A DNA stretch of 64,000 bases from Capsulimonadales bacterium (GTDB lineage: Bacteria > Armatimonadota > Armatimonadia > Armatimonadales > Armatimonadaceae): positions 1 to 64,000 of the forward strand of contig JANRLW010000020.1 of the NCBI GenBank assembly GCA_033762295.1. Direction: 5' to 3'. The translations under genes were made by a program, and so were the position numbers. Shown here piece by piece: positions 59,181 to 64,000 of this stretch. Position 1 is the first letter of the stretch; every line of letters begins with the position of its first letter. Below the pieces are notes generated by a model that did not search any database, was not told the origin of the DNA, and saw only the letters and a program-made list of their open reading frames with translations.

Positions 59181-59184
59181 CGGA

Positions 59185-60636
59185 TTAATGATCGGGTCTC
59201 CGCGCGGGTTGAGTGAGCGGTTGGCCGATGTAGTGGACTTTGATCAGGTTGGTACTGCCGGGGACGCCAATCGGCGTTCCGGCGGTAATCACGACCAGGT
59301 CGCCTTCCCGAACGTAGTGATGCTCAACTGCGGCTTCCACCGCATGCTGGATCATCTCATCGGTGTCGTGCGGCATGGGAACGAGCATCGGGCGGCATCC
59401 CCAGTACAACGCCATCTGTCGGCAGGTTTCCGGACGGGTGGTCGCGGCAAGGATCGGCATGCTCGGTTTGAACTTGGCGACGGCGCGGGCGGTTCCGCCG
59501 GTGGAGGTCGAGCAGACGATGGCGGCCGCTTTCTGATCCTGCGCGATCTGGACGACCGCCTCGCCGATAGCGTCCGTCAGGCTTTCCCAGCCGTGATGCG
59601 GCTGCTTATCAGACAGGATTTTGGCGAAATCCATATCCCGTTCGGCGCATTCGGCGATCCGCGCCATCATCTGCACCGATTCGAACGGGTAGGCTCCGGC
59701 GGCGGTCTCCCCCGACAGCATGACGGCATCGGTGCCATCGAGGACGGCATTGGCGATATCGGTCACCTCGGCTCGGGTAGGACGCGGGTTCCGGATCATG
59801 GAGTCGAGCATCTGCGTGGCCGTGATTACCGGCTTTCCAAGGCGGTTGCAGGCGCGAATGATCTTCTTCTGCGCCATCGCAATCTCCTCGACCGGCATTT
59901 CGACGCCCAGGTCGCCGCGCGCGACCATCGCGCCGTCCGCGACATGGAGAATCTCTTCCAGATTGGCGATCGCTTCCGCCTTCTCGATCTTGACGATGAT
60001 CGGGACGGTCCGATGAGCCTCTTTCATGATCTGTCGGAGCCGGATCACGTCCGCCGCCTCGCGAACGAACGACAGCGCGACGTAATCGACGCCGATCGAC
60101 AGCCCGAAACGGACGTCCTCGATATCCTTTTCCGTCACCGCATCCACGTCCAGCGTGACACCCGGCGCGGAGATACCTTTTTTGGAGCCAAGGGTGCCGC
60201 CGGTAATCACGCGGGTCACCAGCTCGGTCTGGGTTTTTTCGGTAACGACCAGTTCAAGCAGACCATCGTCCAGCAACAGGTGATTGCCTGGACGGACGGC
60301 CGCGAACATCGCGGGAACCGGGAGGTGAACCACCTCCTCGTTGCCCGGAACGTCGTCCGCCGTCAGGACGAAGCGGGAATCCTTTTGCAGACGGGTGCCG
60401 ACCGCCACATTGCCGACCCGGATCTTGGGGCCGCAAAGGTCCTGAAGAACGGCCAGACTTTTTCCCGATTCCTGTGCCGCCTGCCGCACACCTTCCAGGC
60501 GAACCTTATGCTCGGCATGGGTGCCATGGGAGAAGTTCAGGCGGGCGACATCCATTCCGGAGGTTGCCAGGAAAGACAACTGACCGGGTCCATCGACCGC
60601 CGGTCCCAACGTACAAACGATTTTAGTGCGGCGCAT
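59185..60636 (-). CDS. pyk: Pyruvate kinase
   Basis: RRTKIVCTLGP, ARLNFSHG, MVARGDLGVE, ATQMLDSM, VMLSGETA. Confidence 0.97.
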   Translation of the reverse strand: MRRTKIVCTLGPAVDGPGQLSFLATSGMDVARLNFSHGTHAEHKVRLEGVRQAAQESGKSLAVLQDLCGPKIRVGNVAVGTRLQKDSRFVLTADDVPGNEEVVHLPVPAMFAAVRPGNHLLLDDGLLELVVTEKTQTELVTRVITGGTLGSKKGISAPGVTLDVDAVTEKDIEDVRFGLSIGVDYVALSFVREAADVIRLRQIMKEAHRTVPIIVKIEKAEAIANLEEILHVADGAMVARGDLGVEMPVEEIAMAQKKIIRACNRLGKPVITATQMLDSMIRNPRPTRAEVTDIANAVLDGTDAVMLSGETAAGAYPFESVQMMARIAECAERDMDFAKILSDKQPHHGWESLTDAIGEAVVQIAQDQKAAAIVCSTSTGGTARAVAKFKPSMPILAATTRPETCRQMALYWGCRPMLVPMPHDTDEMIQHAVEAAVEHHYVREGDLVVITAGTPIGVPGSTNLIKVHYIGQPLTQPARRPDH

Positions 60637-60681
60637 CGGTCCCCTCCTGCGGCGTATTATAGCCGTCCGCCGGGACGAAAG

Positions 60682-61512
60682 TCAATTCCCGGTCTCTCCG
60701 GACACCGTAGTGCGGACCGGAAAATTTCCCTCGCTGAGATATCGGAACGACGATGCCAGACAGTCGAACGGGTCGCGACGGCAGGTGTCCTGTTCGATAC
60801 AGTACCATGCCACCCCGGCCTCCTCCCCGGCCCCGAGGATCGCGCGCCACGGCAGGTTGCCCTCGCCGATCGCCCCGATCTCCGGCTTCCCCCCGACGAC
60901 CTCCTTGTCCTTCAGGTGGATGACGGGAACGCGTCCGGAGCAACGCCGCAGCAGGTCGGAAGGGTCCACGCCGGCATGCCAGGCCCAGTAGACGTCGACT
61001 TCGAGGAGGTAGTCGGGTCCGCCGTCGTCGATCAAAATATCGAAGAGGGTCGCCGGATTCCCGGCGTCGAATCGTTCGAACTCATGGGCATGATTATGAT
61101 GCCCGAAACCGATGCCGGCCGCGCGGAGCCGTTCGACCACCGGGGCGGCCTCTTCGACAAACCGTCGGTAACCGTCCGCGCCTTCCGCGCCGTACTCGCC
61201 CGGAATTCCCCCGATCGCCACATAGCCGCAGTCGAGGGTCCCGTGAAACTCGATCTCTTCGTCGGTATGGCGGGCGAGCCGTTCCCAGGAGCGGTGCGTG
61301 GCGATGCACTTCAATCCCCGATCGGCCAGCATGCGGGCCGCATCCTTCGCCGTGACGGCGGGCGATTCGCCGTTCATGGCCCCGACCGCCGACAGTTGCA
61401 CGGCGGGGTATCCGATCGCGGCGATACGGCGCAACGCCTCCGCCAGGTCGGCGGCGGTGTGCGTATGGTCTCGAACTGTATACATCTGTACGGCAAGTTT
61501 ATCGGTCAGCAT
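60682..61512 (-). CDS. Sugar phosphate isomerase/epimerase (AP-endonuclease-2 TIM barrel)
   Basis: AVQMYTVRD, HHNHAHEF, EVDVYW, IHLKD, IGEG, IEQD. Confidence 0.88.
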   Translation of the reverse strand: MLTDKLAVQMYTVRDHTHTAADLAEALRRIAAIGYPAVQLSAVGAMNGESPAVTAKDAARMLADRGLKCIATHRSWERLARHTDEEIEFHGTLDCGYVAIGGIPGEYGAEGADGYRRFVEEAAPVVERLRAAGIGFGHHNHAHEFERFDAGNPATLFDILIDDGGPDYLLEVDVYWAWHAGVDPSDLLRRCSGRVPVIHLKDKEVVGGKPEIGAIGEGNLPWRAILGAGEEAGVAWYCIEQDTCRRDPFDCLASSFRYLSEGNFPVRTTVSGETGN

Positions 61513-61520
61513 GTGAAGGA

Positions 61521-63587
61521 TTACCCCGGGGCGCGGTCGGCCGAAAGTCGCCGGAAATCCGGAATAAGGACCTGGGCGCTTCGATTCGGCAGGTATATCT
61601 GAATCGATTGATTCCAGCCGTACATCGGAATTTCCTGCATCGGATACACCGGGTCCGCCTCCACCCGGCCGAACCCGCCGAACGCGCGCGCGTCGGTATC
61701 GAGGAGCAGCCGATAATCGGCGTCCTCGGGGACCGGCAGCCGAAAACCGAAATACGATTCGGTCGGATGGAAGTTGAAGGCGAAGACCAGCGGCCCGCGC
61801 CGGAAAACCAGCTGACGTTCGTCCTCGTGAACCGCCAGTTGATCGATCAACGGGTCCGACAGCAATCCGTACCGAATGTCCAGTTGGAGAAGCATCCGGT
61901 GGAACCGTAAAAGGTCGGCATAAAAAAGGTCCGGGTTTTCCGCCAGCGACCACTGTCGGCGGGCGTGCCGGTAGGAAAAACCGTTGCCCTCGCGCGGGAA
62001 ATCGATCCACTCCGGGTGTCCGAACTCGTTCCCCATGAAGTTGAGGAACGCCTCGCCGGCCAGCGCGAAGGTGATCAGTTCGATCAGTTTGCGTAAGGCG
62101 ATGCCGCGCTCGACGATCGGGTCCTCCGAACCGTGACGCATGCCCGAATACATCGCCGAACCCATCAGACGAAATGCCAGGGTCTGATCGCCGACCAGCG
62201 CCTGGTCATGGCTTTCCGTATATCCGACATGCCGTTCGTCCCGGCGACGATTGAGGAGGGTGTGGTAAAGTTGCGTCAGTTTCCATTCCTCCTCCGGTAT
62301 CTCCTTGACCAGTTGAATCCAGAAGTCGGGGACGCCCATCGCCAGACGATAGTCGAACCCGAGGCCGCCGACCTCCGCCGGGAGGGCGACGCCGGGCATC
62401 CCGGAAACGTCCTCGGCGATGCAGATCGTCTCCGGTCGGATCGCATGCGCCGTCGCGGTTGCCAGCTGCAGGTACAGAAAGGCGTCCTCATCGGTATCCG
62501 GCCCGAAGTAATCGTTGTAGGAGGTAAATTCCCGGTTCAGCCCGTGATCCAGGTACAGCATGCTGGTGACGCCGTCGAACCGGAAACCGTCGAAGCGGAA
62601 CTCCTCCAGCCAGTACCGGATATTGCTGAGGAGAAAGCGTTTGACCTCGTACCGGGAATAATCGTAGAGCAGCGAGTCCCAGGCCGGATGTTCGCCGCGC
62701 GGACCGTCGTGGAAGTACTGATAGGGCGTGCCGTCGAATCGGTTAAGACCCTCGAGCGTATTTTTGACCGCATGGCTGTGGACGATATCGAGGAGGACGA
62801 GAATCCCAAGACCGTGGGCCGTATCGATGATCGCTTTCAACTGCTCCGGGGTTCCGAAACGGGAGGAGACGGCGAACAGGTTGCTGACGTGGTAGCCGAA
62901 CGACCCGTAGTACGGATGTTCCTGGATCGCCATCAATTGAATCGCATTGTAGCCGAGATCCGCGATCCGTGGCAGTATCCGTTCGTGAAAGGCGTCGAAC
63001 GTGCCGACCCCCTCGAACTCCTGGGCCATGCCGATGTGTGTCTCGTAGATTCGCAGTGCGCCTTCCGGGCGGGGAGCGGAGTGACGGAAAACAAACGGCG
63101 GCGGCATCCAGACCTGCCCGACGAAATGGTGGGTAATGTCATCGGGGAGCACGCGGCGGATGTAGGCCGGTATCCGGTCGGACCCGCCGTCCGCGGTGAC
63201 GACATGGACCTTGACCCGGCTGGCATGTTTCAGTGCGGGACCGTCCGGGCCGTCGGGGAGAAAAAGGCTCCAGACCCCGAACTCGTCACGCGTCAGCGGG
63301 TGACGTTGCCGGTCCCATCCGTTGAAATCCCCGATCAAAAACAACCGGTCGGCTCCCGGCGCCCACTCCCGATACCGGATTCCCGGAACACCGTCGATTT
63401 CGCTCCGGTGGATGCCGAAGTAGTGATGCCCCTGTGTCAGGGGGCCGTGCAGACCGCCGTCCGCCGCAATCTCCGCGAGGGCGGACCGGTATCGCGCGGC
63501 GCGTCGTTCGATCACCTCCCGGTGAGGAGACAGATAAGGGTCGCGCTCCAGAACCTCGTCGATCGTAAGGGGGCGAATGGCATACAT
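61521..63587 (-). CDS. glgB: 1,4-alpha-glucan branching enzyme (GH13, eukaryote/Bacteroidota-type)
   Basis: YREWAPGA, QLMAIQEHPYYGSFGYHV, FDGFRFDGVTSM, AEDVSG, ESHDQALVGD, FMGNEFGHPEWIDFPR. Confidence 0.92.
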   Translation of the reverse strand: MYAIRPLTIDEVLERDPYLSPHREVIERRAARYRSALAEIAADGGLHGPLTQGHHYFGIHRSEIDGVPGIRYREWAPGADRLFLIGDFNGWDRQRHPLTRDEFGVWSLFLPDGPDGPALKHASRVKVHVVTADGGSDRIPAYIRRVLPDDITHHFVGQVWMPPPFVFRHSAPRPEGALRIYETHIGMAQEFEGVGTFDAFHERILPRIADLGYNAIQLMAIQEHPYYGSFGYHVSNLFAVSSRFGTPEQLKAIIDTAHGLGILVLLDIVHSHAVKNTLEGLNRFDGTPYQYFHDGPRGEHPAWDSLLYDYSRYEVKRFLLSNIRYWLEEFRFDGFRFDGVTSMLYLDHGLNREFTSYNDYFGPDTDEDAFLYLQLATATAHAIRPETICIAEDVSGMPGVALPAEVGGLGFDYRLAMGVPDFWIQLVKEIPEEEWKLTQLYHTLLNRRRDERHVGYTESHDQALVGDQTLAFRLMGSAMYSGMRHGSEDPIVERGIALRKLIELITFALAGEAFLNFMGNEFGHPEWIDFPREGNGFSYRHARRQWSLAENPDLFYADLLRFHRMLLQLDIRYGLLSDPLIDQLAVHEDERQLVFRRGPLVFAFNFHPTESYFGFRLPVPEDADYRLLLDTDARAFGGFGRVEADPVYPMQEIPMYGWNQSIQIYLPNRSAQVLIPDFRRLSADRAPG

Positions 63588-63594
63588 CGAAACC

Positions 63595-64000
63595 TCAACC
63601 TTCCGAGGCGCGGCGAATCTCCGCAAGGATGGCCTCCGCAGCGGCGACCGGGTCGGGCGCGCCGGTGATGGCTCTGCCGACGACCAGGAAATCCGCCCCG
63701 TCGCGAACGGCCTGACCGGGTGTGGCGATTCGTTTCTGGTCATCGGCGGACGTTCCGGCGGGCCGGATACCGGGGATGACGGTGACGAAGTCCGGACGGC
63801 AACGCTCCCGAAGCAGGGGCAGTTCCTGAGGAGAGGCGACCACTCCGTCCGCACCGCACTCCTCCGCAAGACGGGCAAGGTGTATCACCTGTTCCGCGAC
63901 GGTTCCGGGGACCCGAAGGTCCCGGGCGAGGATCGCCTGGTCGATGCTGGTCAGAACCGTGACGGCGATCAGCAGGGGCGGAGAATCCATGGCCGATGCG
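63595..64000 (-). CDS. pyrF: Orotidine-5'-phosphate decarboxylase (3' part; 5' end outside the window)
   Basis: IAVTVLTS, DGVVAS, VIPGIRP, DDQKRIATP, LVVGRAI. Confidence 0.92.
   Translation of the reverse strand, partial: ASAMDSPPLLIAVTVLTSIDQAILARDLRVPGTVAEQVIHLARLAEECGADGVVASPQELPLLRERCRPDFVTVIPGIRPAGTSADDQKRIATPGQAVRDGADFLVVGRAITGAPDPVAAAEAILAEIRRASEG

Noticed and set aside
59188..61602. 804-aa plus-strand ORF and other long antisense ORFs (for example 2078-3559, 38608-40002, 53315-54772, 57078-58601, 62133-63668)
   Set aside because: These are shadow frames opposite well-supported genes, expected in high-GC DNA, and carry no recognisable motifs.

Overview
High-GC bacterial chromosome segment, mostly housekeeping and envelope genes. 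The gene content (three prepilin-type N-terminal methylation / H-X9-DG proteins, CxxxY-type CcmE, ECF/anti-sigma/RseB-like cluster) suggests Armatimonadota or a similar phylum; this assignment is inference. In order: a beta-class DNA methyltransferase broken by an in-frame TAG at the left edge; metY; an HTH-NatA-M13-NatB-S41-LolA-like operon; an ECF sigma cluster; ccmABCDEF-UDG; several peptidases; a GMC oxidoreductase fusion; a second ECF pair; a degenerate IS200-like HUH protein; trpA-deoC-yjbR-recO-GH15-HD; der; an E2 acyltransferase; ABC-F; pyk; glgB; and partial pyrF. Best finding: the two ORF-track pieces at 52262-53191 and 51953-52198 read as one 394-aa exported selenoprotein. It has a signal peptide, a LolA-like domain and a TlpA/ResA-type redoxin with a U-G-A-C active site, and its in-frame UGA is followed directly by a bacterial SECIS-like hairpin. 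Secondary signals are recurrent -10 boxes 5-8 nt before ATG (leaderless mRNAs), a tandem operator over a consensus promoter, and a structured leader with a uORF in front of a small zinc-finger protein. No rRNA, tRNA or CRISPR array was seen. All family calls come from motif recognition by eye, with no database searches.
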